DNA of 64,000 bases from the human T2T-CHM13v2.0 reference genome, Homo sapiens. Below are positions 18,859 to 33,648 of this stretch, one piece after another. The notes under the pieces were generated by a model. That model had not been told where the DNA came from. It worked only from the letters and a program-made list of their open reading frames with translations, and ran no database searches. Each line of letters begins with the position of its first letter. Positions within the stretch are counted from its first letter, which is position 1. The DNA is taken from assembly GCF_009914755.1 (NCBI RefSeq), contig NC_060925.1. One strand, written 5' to 3'. A program made the translations under genes and the position numbers.

Positions 18859-20761
18859 CTGAAGAACAGAGAGGGGAGGTCATTGACAGAATGAGGACTA
18901 ATCAAAGAAATCAGGGCTTATCCCAGGCCATAAATGCAGCAATAGTCACAAATAGTTATTTGTGTCCTATCTGTCCTATTTTGTAAACTAGTTACTAAAA
19001 CCCCATCTAGTAGCTTAGAAATACAAGAGGCTGAGCGCGGTGGCTCACGCCTGTAATCCCAGCACTTTGGGAGGCCCAGGCAGGTGGATTGTTTGAGGTC
19101 AGGAGTTCGAGACCAGCCTGGCCAACATGGTGAAACCCTGTCTCTACTAAAAATACAAAAATTAGCTGGGAGTGGTGGCGGGTGCCTGTAATCCCAGCTA
19201 CTCGGGAGGCTGAGGCAAGAGAATCACTTGAACCCAGGAGGCAGAGGTTGCAAGCCAAGATTGCGCCACTGCACTTCAGCCTGGGTGACAGAGCAAGACT
19301 CCATCTCAAAAAAAAAAAAAGTAGCAGAGAGGCTGGGCATGGTCACTTATACCTGTAATCCCAGCACTTCAGGAGGCAGAGGCCAGAGATCGCTTGAGCC
19401 CAGGGGAGTTTGAGACCAGTCTGGGAAACAAAGTGAGACCCTATCTCTGCAAAAAATTAGCCAGGTATGGTGGCAAGCACCTGTAGTCCTGGTTCCTCAG
19501 GAGGCTGAGGCAGGAGGATCGCTTGAACCCAGAATTCGAGGCTGCAGTGAGCCATGAATGTGCCACTGCACTCCAGTCTGGGCGACAGACTGAGACCCTG
19601 TCTCTCTCTCTCACACACACCCTAAAAAAGTAGCAGCACTCCAGCCTGGGTGACAGAATAAAGGCCCTGTTTGGGTACCCTGACACACACCTACTCATAC
19701 CAAAAACAACTAGCAGCAGAGAAACCAATTTCCCAGAGTTCTTGCCTCTGGCTCAAGCTTTTTTTTCAGAGACAGGTATCCCCAATATAGGTATCACCTT
19801 GTTTTGCAGATTAGGAAACTAAGGGTCCAATAATTAGCTTGTATGAGGTCACAAAACTAGTTAAGTGACAGACCTGGGATTCAAACCTAAGTTTGTCAGA
19901 TTTCAAAGCCTATACTCTTCACTAAACCCAATGAACATTCCTAGAAACTACAAATCAAACATAATTTTTTGTTTTTGAGATGGAGTCTTTTTCTCTGTTG
20001 CTCAGGCTGGAGTGCAGTGGCACAATCTTGGCTCACTGCAACCTCTGCCTCCTAGGTTGAAGCGACCTGTCTCGGCCTCCCGAGTAGCTGGGGATTGCAG
20101 GTGCATACCACAATGCCCAGCCAATTTTTCTATTTTTAGTAGAGACAGGGTTTCACCATGTTGGCCAGGCTGGTCTTGAACTCCTGACCTCAGGTGATCC
20201 ACCCGCCTCAGCCTCCCAAAGTGCTGGGATTACAGCCGTGAGCCACCATGCCTGGCCTTCAGAAATAATTTTTAAAAAGATTGTGGTAAAATACATGTAA
20301 CATAAAATTTACCATCTTAAGAATTTTTAAATGTATGGTTCAGTAGTGTTAAGTATATTCACAGTGTTGTGCAACCAACCTCCACATTTTCATCTTGCAA
20401 AACTGAAACTATACCCAGTGAACAACTCCCTATTTCCCCCACTCTCCAGCCCCTGCAACCATCATTCTACTTTCTGTCTCTGAGTTTGACTACCTAGGTA
20501 TCTCATATAACTGGAATCATCTAGTATTTATCTTTCAAAGAAAGTGAATTTTGAACAGGCTTCTGCTGACTTCTAGACCAAATGCCCTTTTCCAGCCTTT
20601 CTACATGTTCATTTTCATCAGTGCTCTAAGCAGTTTTTTTTTTTTTTTTTTTTGAGACAGTGTCTCACTCTGTTGCCCAGGTTAGAGGGCAGTGGCATGA
20701 TCTTGGCTCACTGCAACCTCTGCCTCCCAGGCACAAGTGGTACACGCACCTCAGCTCCTGA

Positions 20762-20983
<222 letters not shown>

Positions 20984-21255
20984 TAGTAGAGACTGGTTTT
21001 CACGTTAGCCAGGATGTTCCCGCTCTCCTGATTTCATGAACCGCCCGCCTCGGCCTCTCCAAGTGTTGGGATTACAGGCGTGAGCCACCACACCTGGCCT
21101 AATTTTTTTATTTTTAGTAGAGACAGGGTTACACTATGATGCCCAGGTTGGTCTCAATCTCCTGGGCTCAAGTAATCCACCCATCTCAGCCTCCCAAAGT
21201 GTTGGGATTACAAGTACGAACCACTGCAGCTGGCCTTCTAAGCAGTTTTTACTAG

Positions 21256-21621
<366 letters not shown>

Positions 21622-21688
21622 TAAGCTCTTGAAAAAGAGCAATATTCAACATAGCAGAAAACAGATTATTTTTATGGCTGGTAACTAA

Positions 21689-21811
<123 letters not shown>

Positions 21812-22531
21812 TGAGTGGCTGGCATTACAGGTGCGCACATCATCATGCCCGGCTAATTTTTGTATTTTTGTAGAGATGGGGTTTCACCATGTTGGTTAAG
21901 CTGGTCTTGAACTCCTGACCTTAGATGATCCACCTGCCTCGGCCTCCCAGTGTTGGGATTACAGGTGTGAGCCACTGCGCCCGGCCTAAGTTTTTACTCT
22001 AGATTGGCTTTCCTTTCTCGCCAAGAACTTTGATTTTAACATTTGCATGAAAATACGAGACTATGTTTAGTGTGTATTAAAAACATTCCCAAACAAAAGC
22101 CATGAATCCTCTCCTGTGACACAAATGCTCAACAGCTGACTCTATAGCGATGGCCTTTGTTTCAGACATGGTTACTAATACTTTAAGTGGTAGTAAAAAT
22201 AGATTTTTTTAATTTTTAATTTTTATTTTTTTTTTGAGACAGTCATGCTCTTGTCACCCCAGCTGAAGTGCAATGGCATGATATCGGCTCATTGCAACCT
22301 CCACCTCCCGGGTTCAAGTGATTTCTGCCTCAGCCTCCCGAGTAGCTGGTATTACAGGAGCCCGCCAGCATGCCCAGCTAATTTTTGTATTTTCAGTAAA
22401 GACGAGGTTTCACCATGTTGGCCAGGCTGGTCTTGAACTCCTGACCTTGTGATCCACCCTCCTCGGCCTCCCAAAGTGCTGGGATTATAGGCGTGAGCCA
22501 CCGCGCCCGGCCAAAAATAGATGTTATTTAA

Positions 22532-22741
<210 letters not shown>

Positions 22742-22938
22742 TAGGATGGTCTTGATCTCTTGACCTCATGATTCGCCTGCCTCGGCCTCCCAAAGTGCTG
22801 GGATTACAGGCGTGAGCCACCGCGCCCGGCCCAATGTTATTTAATTCTTACTTTTATTGGGCCAAGACACAAAAGGGACGCTGAGACTCTGAAGAGAAGG
22901 AATCCCTGTGTGTGCTGAAAAACTATTCCCTTTGCTAG

Positions 22939-23231
<293 letters not shown>

Positions 23232-23516
23232 TAGTAGAGAACGGGGTTTCTCCATGTTGGTCAGGCTGGTCTCGGATTCCCAACCTCAGATGATCCTCCC
23301 GCCTCGGCCTCCCAAAGTGCTGGGATTATAGGCGTGAACCACTGTGCCCGGCCGCATCTGCTTTCTAATGTAAGAGACTGATCTAATAGTCTAGAACCTG
23401 ACAACTCTTATGGTATCATGGATTTTGTTTATATGCTTTATGAAGGTCACTGCACTGTGGCAACAGTCCAACACTACTGTACCAGCTCCCTCTGACACGT
23501 TCCCCTCCAAACTCAC

Positions 23517-23575
23517 GCAGTGGCCAGCTCACTCAGGGCCTCCTGATAGCGTAGGTACTCATTCTGGCCAAAGAC
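23517..23575 (-). CDS. C1orf43: C1orf43 exon 6: VFGQNEYLRYQEALSELAT(A)
   Basis: AG|GTC acceptor, GC|GTGAGT donor, 59 nt; only a 79-nt intron separates it from exon 5. Confidence 0.95.
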
Positions 23576-23654
23576 CTTAGGAAAGAGAAAGGAAGAGTGA
23601 GGATCTCTCAGTCTGAGGGATCTCTTTAGTGCCCCGAAGAAAAAACTGGCTTAC

Positions 23655-23821
23655 CCCTGTCCCATAGCGGGCTGTTTCATAGCCATCCAAAAGGGTATCA
23701 ATGAGTGCTTTGCGTACACCCTTGAAAGGCGTACTAGTGTTTCGCAGATCCAGCAGGTAGGAGCGGAAATTCTTGCCCATTAAGGAACGGGGATGCCGGC
23801 CTTCAGAATGAAATGGGATCT
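23655..23821 (-). CDS. C1orf43: C1orf43 exon 5: (E)IPFHSEGRHPRSLMGKNFRSYLL...ARYGTG
   Basis: CACAG|AG acceptor, GGG|GTAAG donor, 167 nt. Confidence 0.95.
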
Positions 23822-24217
23822 CTGTGGAGAAAACAGCACAATGATATCTCTTCTCATTCTTTAGTCTTTTTTTTTGAGATGGAGTCTCGCTCTGTCACCC
23901 GGGCTGGAGTGCAGTGGCAGTGATCTTGGCTCACTGCAACCTCCACCTCCTAGGTTTGAGCAATTCTCTAGTCTCAGCCTCCTGATTAGCTGGGATTACA
24001 GATGTGCACCACCATGCCAGGCTTATTTTTGTATTTTTAGTAGAGACAAAAATACAAAAGGGTTTCACCTTGTTGGCTAGGTTGGTCTTGAACTCCTGGC
24101 CTCCTGTGATCTGTCTGCCTCGCCCTCCCAAAGCGTTGGGATTACAGGCATGAGCCACTGCGCCTGCCCCATTCTTTAGTCTTTCTAGTTAATTCCCCAA
24201 ACTTAGAAGTAGGTCTA

Positions 24218-24523
<306 letters not shown>

Positions 24524-25089
24524 CTAATGAAATGAGCAAGTTGAGTTAGAGGGAGATTCTGATTGAGACCAAAGGTATAAAGCTGTGCCTGAGTGGTCAT
24601 TTGGTGGTAACACCACAGTTGTAAGCTACATCTATGACACATGATAGTGTCATCACACATTTTACCATCCTGCTTACTCATCCATCCTAGGTTTAAGATA
24701 TAAACTGTTTTCATAGAGATAAAGCATATATGACAAGTGTTGACAGAATGGAAAAAATTCAAGAACAATCTATCTTGGGCTTAGTGAAAAAGCAGGTGCC
24801 ACCTGTCCTTTGTGGAAAAACAAGCAAATTACTATCATCTACTTCATGAAACTAAAGGTCTCAAGAGAAGAACTTTAAAAAACAAAACACCCAGACTCTT
24901 TGGAGAATAACCTGCTTATATCATTTCCTTCAGCAAAATCTCTAATCTAGTACTTTCAAAACTCTAGAATTTCCTACTAGCCAGGGATGTGCAGAAAGGA
25001 CAAATCCTAACATACAAAGTGGGTTCATTACTCTGTTCCCTAGGTGGGCTTTCAGGATCCTAGAATGGACCCTGTCAGGTAGCCCTTAC

Positions 25090-25143
25090 CAGAGGTACGA
25101 ATGGCATCCAGAGCTTTCATCCTATACAGATAGTTGTAGCAAC
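25090..25143 (-). CDS. C1orf43: C1orf43 exon 4: (S)[17 protein letters not shown](E)
   Basis: ACAG|GT acceptor, G|GTAAG donor, symmetric 54-nt exon. Confidence 0.93.
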
Positions 25144-25363
25144 CTGTTGAGGAAAAGACTGGTGTTAGGCATAACCCTAAAAATATTCCCCAGGCTGGGC
25201 GTGGTGGCTCATGCCTGTAATCCCAACACTTTGGGAGGCTGAGGTGGGTGGATCACCTGAGGTCAGGAGTTTGAGACCAGCCTGACCAACATGGAGAAAC
25301 CCCGTCTCTAGTAAAAACACAAAATTAGCCAGGCGTGGTGGCGCATGCCTGTAATCCCAGCTA

Positions 25364-25471
<108 letters not shown>

Positions 25472-25653
25472 TCAAAAAAGAAAAAAAAAATTCCCCAAAC
25501 TCCAGCAAGCTAATAAATGGGCTCTGCATCTAACATATATCCAATAACAGGAATAACTAAGGCTTTGCCAGCAGCTTTTGACAACTCTGAGAGAAAAGGA
25601 ATTCTGGACTTGTGGGACTCCTCACTGAAGCATTCCAAGAGCTTGCCACATAC

Positions 25654-25771
25654 TTTGATTTCCCTGGGTTTCCAGTTGTAGTAGTCTAGCATCATCATCT
25701 GCAAGGAGCTGGGGCTCATACTTGATATCCTGAACCCTGGAGAGTCGAATATCAATCTCCTCTTTCAAGTC
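25654..25771 (-). CDS. C1orf43: C1orf43 exon 3: DLKEEIDIRLSRVQDIKYEPQLLADDDARLLQLETQGNQ(S)
   Basis: ACAG|GAC acceptor, A|GTATG donor, 118 nt. Confidence 0.95.
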
Positions 25772-25979
25772 CTGTTCACATAAAAAAAGAATACACAATC
25801 ATTTACCCTGCACTCTGCTTTCCACCAATGTGAAAATGGGGCAGAGTTAATGAATAACTAAGACAACAGAAATAGAGACCATGCTCATGTAGTTAATAAA
25901 ATTACCAGATAAGAGGTAAGAATTTAGGAAAGAACGGGATTGGGTTTTCCAATAACCTCTCCAAGCTGCACATCTCTAA

Positions 25980-26387
<408 letters not shown>

Positions 26388-26575
26388 TAGCTAGAGGCTA
26401 CTTTAAAAAAAAATTAACACATATTTCTTTTAAAATAGCCAAGTCAAATTCATGGTATACAAATTTTAAAGATAGTAAAGGGGCCGGGTGCTGTGGCTCA
26501 CGCCTGTAATCCCAACACTTTGGGAGGCCGAGGTGGGTGGATCACAAGGTCAGGAGATCGAGACCATCCTGGCTA

Positions 26576-26795
<220 letters not shown>

Positions 26796-26995
26796 TCAGT
26801 TACCCAGCAGCAACTACTATTTTCAGTTTCATATTAATCTCTCTTACCTAAGAGGGTTACCAGAGCCCCAGGAAATAAATTTTTTGTTGTAACTTTTTAC
26901 AAACTCCCATTGTGAAACATAAGATACACAAAATACAGGTAACATAGATGTACATTTTAAATAATTATAAAAAGCATAATAATGAACACCTATAA

Positions 26996-27333
<338 letters not shown>

Positions 27334-27705
27334 CTACCACTAACTTTCAAGTCTTGTGTGCCCATCCCTCATTGAATGCTCCGCACCCCAAACCTTAACT
27401 TGTCAATAGTCCTCATACACTTCTTCACTGTTTTATCGTGTCACCCTAAAAAAGATGCTTAGCTTTGCCTGGTTTTCAACTTGATACAAATGGAAAAATA
27501 CTTTAAGAATCCCTCTGCAACTTGTTTAAAAAAAAAATTTTTTTTTTTTGAGACAGGGTCACACTCTGTCACCCAGGCTGGAGTGCAATGGCACAATCTC
27601 AGCTCACTATAACCTCCACCTCCTGAGCTCAGATGATCCTCCTGCCTTAGCCTCCTGAGTAGCTGGGGTTACAGGCACACACCACCATGCATGGCTAATT
27701 ATTAA

Positions 27706-27894
<189 letters not shown>

Positions 27895-28570
27895 TAGAGA
27901 TGGGGTCTCACCATGCTCGCCAGGCTGGTCTCAAACTCCTGACCTTGTGATCTTCTCATGTGGGCCTCCCAAAGTGCTGGGATTACAGGCGTGAACCACC
28001 GCGCCTGGCCCATTTTTAAACTTTTTATAGAGACAGGGTTTCCCCATATTGCCTACGCTGGTCTCGAACTCCTGAGCTGACGTGATCAGCCTGCCTCGGC
28101 CTCCCAAAGTGCTAGGATTACAGGTGTAAACCACCTCGCCTGGCCTTAAATTTTTTTTTTTTTTGATACAGAGACTCACTCTGTCACCCAGGCTGGAGTG
28201 CAATGGTGTGATCTCTGCTCACTGCAACCTCCGCCGGGGCTCAAGTGATTCTCCTGCCTCAGCCTCCTGAGTAGCTGGGATTACAGGCACACACCGCCAC
28301 GCCCAGCTAATTTTTTTGCATTTTTAGTACAGTCGGGGTTTCACCGTGTTGGCCAGGCTGGTCTTGAACTCCTGACCTCAGGTGATCCACCTGCCTCAGC
28401 CTCCCAAAGTGCTGGGATTACAGGCGTTAGCCACCGCACCCAGCAAAATTTTTCAAATATACTTTATTGAGGTTGAATTTACATACAATAAATGCATTCA
28501 TTTTATGTATATAAATTGATGAGTTTGACAAATGAACATACCCCCTTCACCACCACGTCAATCAAAGTAA

Positions 28571-28861
<291 letters not shown>

Positions 28862-29809
28862 TAGGATTTTTTTCTTGTATTTTTAGTAGAGATTGGGTTT
28901 CACCATGTTGGCTGGTCTGGTCTCGAACTCCTGACCTCAAGTGTTATCTGCCCAACTCGGCCTCCCTAAGTGCTGGGATTACCGGCATGAGCTACCATGC
29001 CCGGCCCACTCAGCATGTTTTTGAGATTCATGTTTGCAATTTTTTTCATTCAGAAGTATTTTGAGGACTTGTCTTCATATATTTATCTTCAGTTTTTCAT
29101 TTTTTACACTATTCCAGAATATGAATATACCACTACCTATTTTTTAGAAACAAGGTCTTGCTCTTGCCCATGCTGGAGTGCATCAGTGCAATCATAGCTC
29201 ACTGCAGTCTGTAACTCCTGGGCTCACATGATCTTCTGGCCTCAGCCTCCCAAAGTGCTAGGACTACAGGTATGAGCCACTGCACTCAGCCTATATAATA
29301 ATTGAAAAGTGGACATTTGAATTAAGTTTCTTCTTCAAATATTATGAACAATGCCCCTATAAATAATCTTGCACATGTTTCTTGGTACACATGAGCAAAA
29401 CTTAATTTCTCTATGGTAGGAGAGAAACTGTTGGACCATGGATTAGGTACATGTGCAATCTTACCAGACAATGACCAGTTATTTTCCAAAGTGGTTTTAC
29501 TAATTTATACTTTCACTAGCAATGGTTGAGAATTTAGAAAAAATTTTTAAGCAAAAGGAATATTGCTCTGAACTAGACCAAGGGACCCCTGAATAGCCAA
29601 AGTATTGATTGGTTCATGATGTGCTAGAAACTAACCCTATGTCTTTCTCATGAGGCAGGCAGGACTGTTAAGGTTTCAAGCCAGGACATCCTCCTAGAGC
29701 CTTTTCATGTACTATGTCAGCAAAGAACAAAGAGGGGAAGGTTAATAGCACTTGTTAATGAAAGTACAGTGCTCTAGGAGTTGAGGGAGTCATGAGCTCT
29801 AGCTCTACA

Positions 29810-30540
29810 ACTAACCTGTTTTTCATTCAGCAACAAATTACAGAGTACCTGCTATGTGTAGGCCCTGGCACTAACCTGTTTTTCATTCAACAAGAAATTA
29901 CTGAGTACCTACTATGTGTAGGTCCTGGCTTTATAGTCGTGAACAAAACTGGCATGGTGCCTGCATTCTTGAAGCTTACGGTCTAGCGGAAGAGAGAGGC
30001 ATGTTTTAAACAAATGGACAAACATAAAAATTATGGTAAATGCTATGAAGGAAAAATCAGGGTACCATGTGAAAATAAAGAGAGGGGGAACCTACTTTAA
30101 AATAGGTAATAAGCATTCCTTTTTTGGAAGTAACATTTAAGCTAAGATCAAAAGAATGAATGAGCTAGCCAATTGAAGACCATTCCAGATCACAGGAGCA
30201 AAAAGGGTGGAAAATTCAGCCAGTGGAGCTGGGTCCCAGTGATCTGGGGAGAGCCACACAAAAGGGGGTTGGTAAGGGAAGCAGGTGTCTTTTACTTAGA
30301 AGCGAAAGACTAAAGAAGCAGAATGAGAGTGGCAGTGGGATAGCAATAATTCTGATTCACATATGTTGGGTTTGAGATGTCTACTACAAATCTAAGTGGA
30401 AATGTCAGGTAATCAGTTGGCAATATATGTAAGGAACTCAGGAAAGAGTTCTAGGATAGAGATAAAATTTCATCTGTAGCTAAAGCCAAGGAAAGGAAGA
30501 CAGTCACCTAAGGAGAAAGTACAGACAAAGATAAAAGACC
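29810..30540 (-). mobile_element. Degenerate L2 element with its 3' end duplicated (2 x 60 bp)
   Basis: L2 3'-end motif CATTCAACAA..ATT.ACTGAG.ACCTACTATGTG; further L2-like sequence to ~30540. Confidence 0.7.
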
Positions 30541-31032
30541 ACTGGGTTATTCACTTCCTATACGTCTTCTGGTAAACTGCCTCCTTTTCTTGGGCTTCTT
30601 GGTAACATGAATGGTGGAATTAGATGATTTATGGAGCTCCTCTTAAGTCTAAAATTATGTAAAGGTAACCCTTCTCATTGCTCTTGGGTTAACCTTAATG
30701 ATCTCAACCCCATCCTAATCAAACAAAAAACACTGGGTAGTTTAAGATGAGCTGGGAAATATTTTACTACAAACAGTTGGGAACTTCGACCCAAGCCCTT
30801 CATTCTGCAGATACAAAAACAGAAGTTCCAGGATGAGCCACATGCTTGCCACAGCACTGAGCAGGTAAGCCAAGTTCCAAAGCGCACAGTGCCTGCTCAA
30901 CTTAGTAAGTACAAGGACAAGTGCACGCAAAGAAACATGAGAATTAAAGTCATCACTAAAGGCAGAGGAAATCTCATTCTTGACCCTAAAAGATCTGGAG
31001 AAGTATGTTTAACTTGTGCCCTAAGGACCTAC

Positions 31033-31134
31033 CTTGGGGGCATTGTGTCCCACAGGGACATGAGGTCCCCTTCGAGATTTCATTGCAAAGCGCATGATTT
31101 GCCTCTTCACAAAAATAAATAGCAGTACAAACAC
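31033..31134 (-). CDS. C1orf43: C1orf43 exon 2: VFVLLFIFVKRQIMRFAMKSRRGPHVPVGHNAPK
   Basis: ACAG|GTG acceptor, AAG|GTAGG donor, symmetric 102 nt; completes an N-terminal hydrophobic (transmembrane-like) segment. Confidence 0.95.
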
Positions 31135-31538
31135 CTGTCCAAAAAGATGTAAAAATCCTTTAATAAAAAGTCAGTTTTGTTTTGTTTTTTTTTTAAAAAA
31201 GCATGCCTTCATTCCAAATCCCCAGATTCCGGCTCTCAGGAATGTTTCAGGGTAAAACTTGGGGCAAAGCAAGGCCGTTATGATGGGGGTGGATCTAAGA
31301 AGCCAGCAGCAGGGAGGCGTGGGGTCTGTGCTCTAGCGTTAAAGGGAGGGTTCTAGACTAACGAGGGCGGGTCGGCCCGACTAAGTGACTTAAACTCCCA
31401 CCTACTCCTGGAATAAGGAGTCAAAGCCCGGATAGGCGCAGGTGAGTGGGTGGAGAATGCAGACGGGGTACAGCTCAAAAGGAGGGTCTCTACTGGGTAA
31501 GATGCGACAGCAGGAATGGGGTGGGGTAATCTCCTCAC

Positions 31539-31604
31539 CAGGCTCCCGTAGGCCATCACCAGCACGACATTCACCCCGGAGAGCCAGTTACTGCCGGACG
31601 CCAT
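31539..31604 (-). CDS. C1orf43: C1orf43 exon 1 coding part: MASGSNWLSGVNVVLVMAYGSL
   Basis: Strong Kozak GCCATGG at 31604, donor CTG|GTGAG. Confidence 0.95.
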
Positions 31605-32099
31605 GGCCTCCCTACCTCGCGCAGAATTGTTCGGGTTTACCCCGCTGTCCTGGCTGGTCAGCCCAGGCTCCGCCGAAGCGACGGCGCCTGGGTCCCCTGG
31701 AGCTCCCCGGCCGTTTCCTTACGGGGGAAGACCAAGCCAGACCCGGCCTGAAAACATGGCGGACAGGCAGGAGAGCTGGGAAAGGAGAACGACGCCTTCC
31801 AGCTTCCCCCTGACACGTGACTCAGGCAGGCAATGGCACCCAGGAGCGTCGAGCGCTCAGACGCGGAACTACGACAGTAAGAGGAAGCGGCGGCCATCCG
31901 TGCGTCACGTGGTGGAGGCAGGGCCGCCGTGAAGGAGGCGGGGTGGACTCGCGGAGCCGGAAAGAGGTGTCTCGTGGCGAGGCGGCACGCGCACGCTTGC
32001 GTGCGCGCCCCTTTTAGCGTCACGCGCTGAGGGACGCAGGAAGGCAAGTGGGCGGGGGAAGGCGCGAGAGCGAGCGCGAGAGGGAAAAGGAGGGAGGGG

Positions 32100-32172
32100 G
32101 TGGGGAAGAGGGAATCTTATATCACGTGACAGGGGCGGCGCGGCCCGGGGTGTCAGTGTGGAGGAGACTGAG
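32100..32172 (+). other. UBAP2L: UBAP2L non-coding first exon (start approximate)
   Basis: Donor GAG|GTAAAG at 32172/32173 inside the CpG island; ...GGAGACTGAG joins TATTCTACC of exon 2 as recalled. Confidence 0.75.
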
Positions 32173-32197
32173 GTAAAGTTGGGAGCGCAGCGGCGTT

Positions 32198-32215
32198 GGC
32201 GGCGGCGGCGGCGGC
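32198..32215 (+). repeat. (GGC)6 within a longer imperfect GCG/GCA tract at the start of UBAP2L intron 1
   Basis: Direct read. Confidence 0.9.
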
Positions 32216-32499
32216 AGCGGCAGCGCGGCGGGGCCGGGTATTGTCCGCGGCCCCTTTAAATCCGCGATCCCCCTTTTACCCTCCCTCTTTTCTCCCCTGC
32301 CCCCGCCGTATCCCCTCCCTCGGTAGGCCCCCCCACACCGTGTGTTCCCCCACTGTACACCCCCCCCCGAGTCATGCGAGCCCTGGCGCCCCCCACCTCG
32401 AGTCGGCCCCCGGAGGTTTTGTTTATGGTTGGGTTCGCGGCCTAGTGGGCCGCGCCAGAGCCGGGGCCTCGATTTGGGAGCGTGGCCGGGGCGGGGCTT

Positions 32500-32593
32500 G
32501 GAGCAGCCGTAGGAAGGGGGGGCCATGCGGCTAGAGCCTGAGAGGGGAGAGCGAGAAAGAGCGCGAGCGAGCGAGGCCTGGGCCTTGCCTGAG
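32500..32593 (+). other. UBAP2L: UBAP2L alternative non-coding first exon (start approximate)
   Basis: Donor GAG|GTAGGG at 32593/32594 downstream of GC boxes. Confidence 0.55.
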
Positions 32594-33460
32594 GTAGGGC
32601 TCTCTCTTCACCCCGGCCGGTGCCTGCGGAGGAGAGGGCCTCCTCCCTTTCCACCCACTGCGGGCCTCCTCTGATCCGGATCCGGCCTGGTTTGGGGGTG
32701 GCGTGGGGGAGGGAGGGCGATGGGGTGGAGCTCCCCCAAACTCCCCCATGTGGCCCTCAGTTTGGTGTGCGAAGGATTAATTTGTTCCGGCTGGGAGGTA
32801 GGGAGGAGATTGGCCCCGTGGGCTCTCGATGTGGCGCTGAGGGGGGTGAGCCTCCCATCCTCCACCCGTGGGCTTGCGTCCCCTCTCCGTTTCCAGGCTC
32901 TTTGTCAGCTCCTCTTATTACCCTCCCTTCTTTCTCACCAACCCAGTTCTTGGAATATGTTTTTGCTGCTGTCTTTAGCTTCCTGTTTATACTGTAGTTT
33001 GGGTACCCCAAACAATTGTGTTATTTGGGAAGCTGGACATGGAGGCCCCCATAGGGTGTATTTACGCTTAAGGGACGTCACTAGAGCACTGGGGTATTTG
33101 TTCACTCTTCTCATAATGGTACAGGAATGCCCAGTTTCTTCAAACCCTTAACCTTGTGGACAGCCCTTAAATTGCTTTGCAAACTGATGTCACAAACTGG
33201 AGACTGCTCCTTTTCCACCATTCTTGAAATGTAGCCACCTCTGGTGTAGGATGTTGTGGAAAGAAAAACACCACAGTAACAGGCGTTTTTGTTATTATTG
33301 TTAACGTTTTTGCCTTTGACTCTCCCTGATTATTAAATGGAGAAATCCTTTTTTTTTGTCTTCTCTCCCATCCTACCTTCCTCCGCCGCATATCCTGTTT
33401 TGGGGATACCTGATGTGACTTGCTGGGAGGTGATGGACATTACTAGTAACCAGCGTTTCT

Positions 33461-33648
33461 AGAGAATTAAAACATTTTGGCTGTGTATCAGTTGATAAAA
33501 CTGCTTTGAGATCTGTCTCCATTGTACTTAAAGATTAGACTATCCCAATGATTACAGAGAATTAAAACATTTTGGCTGTGTATCAGTTGATAAAACTGCT
33601 TTGAGATCTGACACCATTGTCCTTAAAGATTAGACTATCTCAATGATT
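33461..33648. repeat. Tandem duplication, 95-bp period (33461-33553 and 33556-33648), 4 mismatches
   Basis: Direct alignment of the two copies. Confidence 0.95.

Larger units (their letters stand above)
31340..32880. promoter_or_regulatory. CpG island / bidirectional promoter of C1orf43 (-) and UBAP2L (+)
   Basis: High GC and CpG density between head-to-head genes; CACGTG at 31814, 31906, 32123; YY1-like AACATGGCGG ~31753; NRF1-like GCGTGCGC ~31999; GC boxes. Confidence 0.9.

Noticed and set aside
31442-33151. Many overlapping 60-140 aa ORFs, including poly-Ala MAAAAAAAAARR
   Set aside because: Expected from stop-codon depletion in a CpG island; several start at non-ATG codons and none has a recognisable domain
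29810-33648. Direct repeats as a CRISPR-like or other prokaryote-type array
   Set aside because: Each has only two adjacent copies with no spacers, and the context is plainly primate genomic DNA
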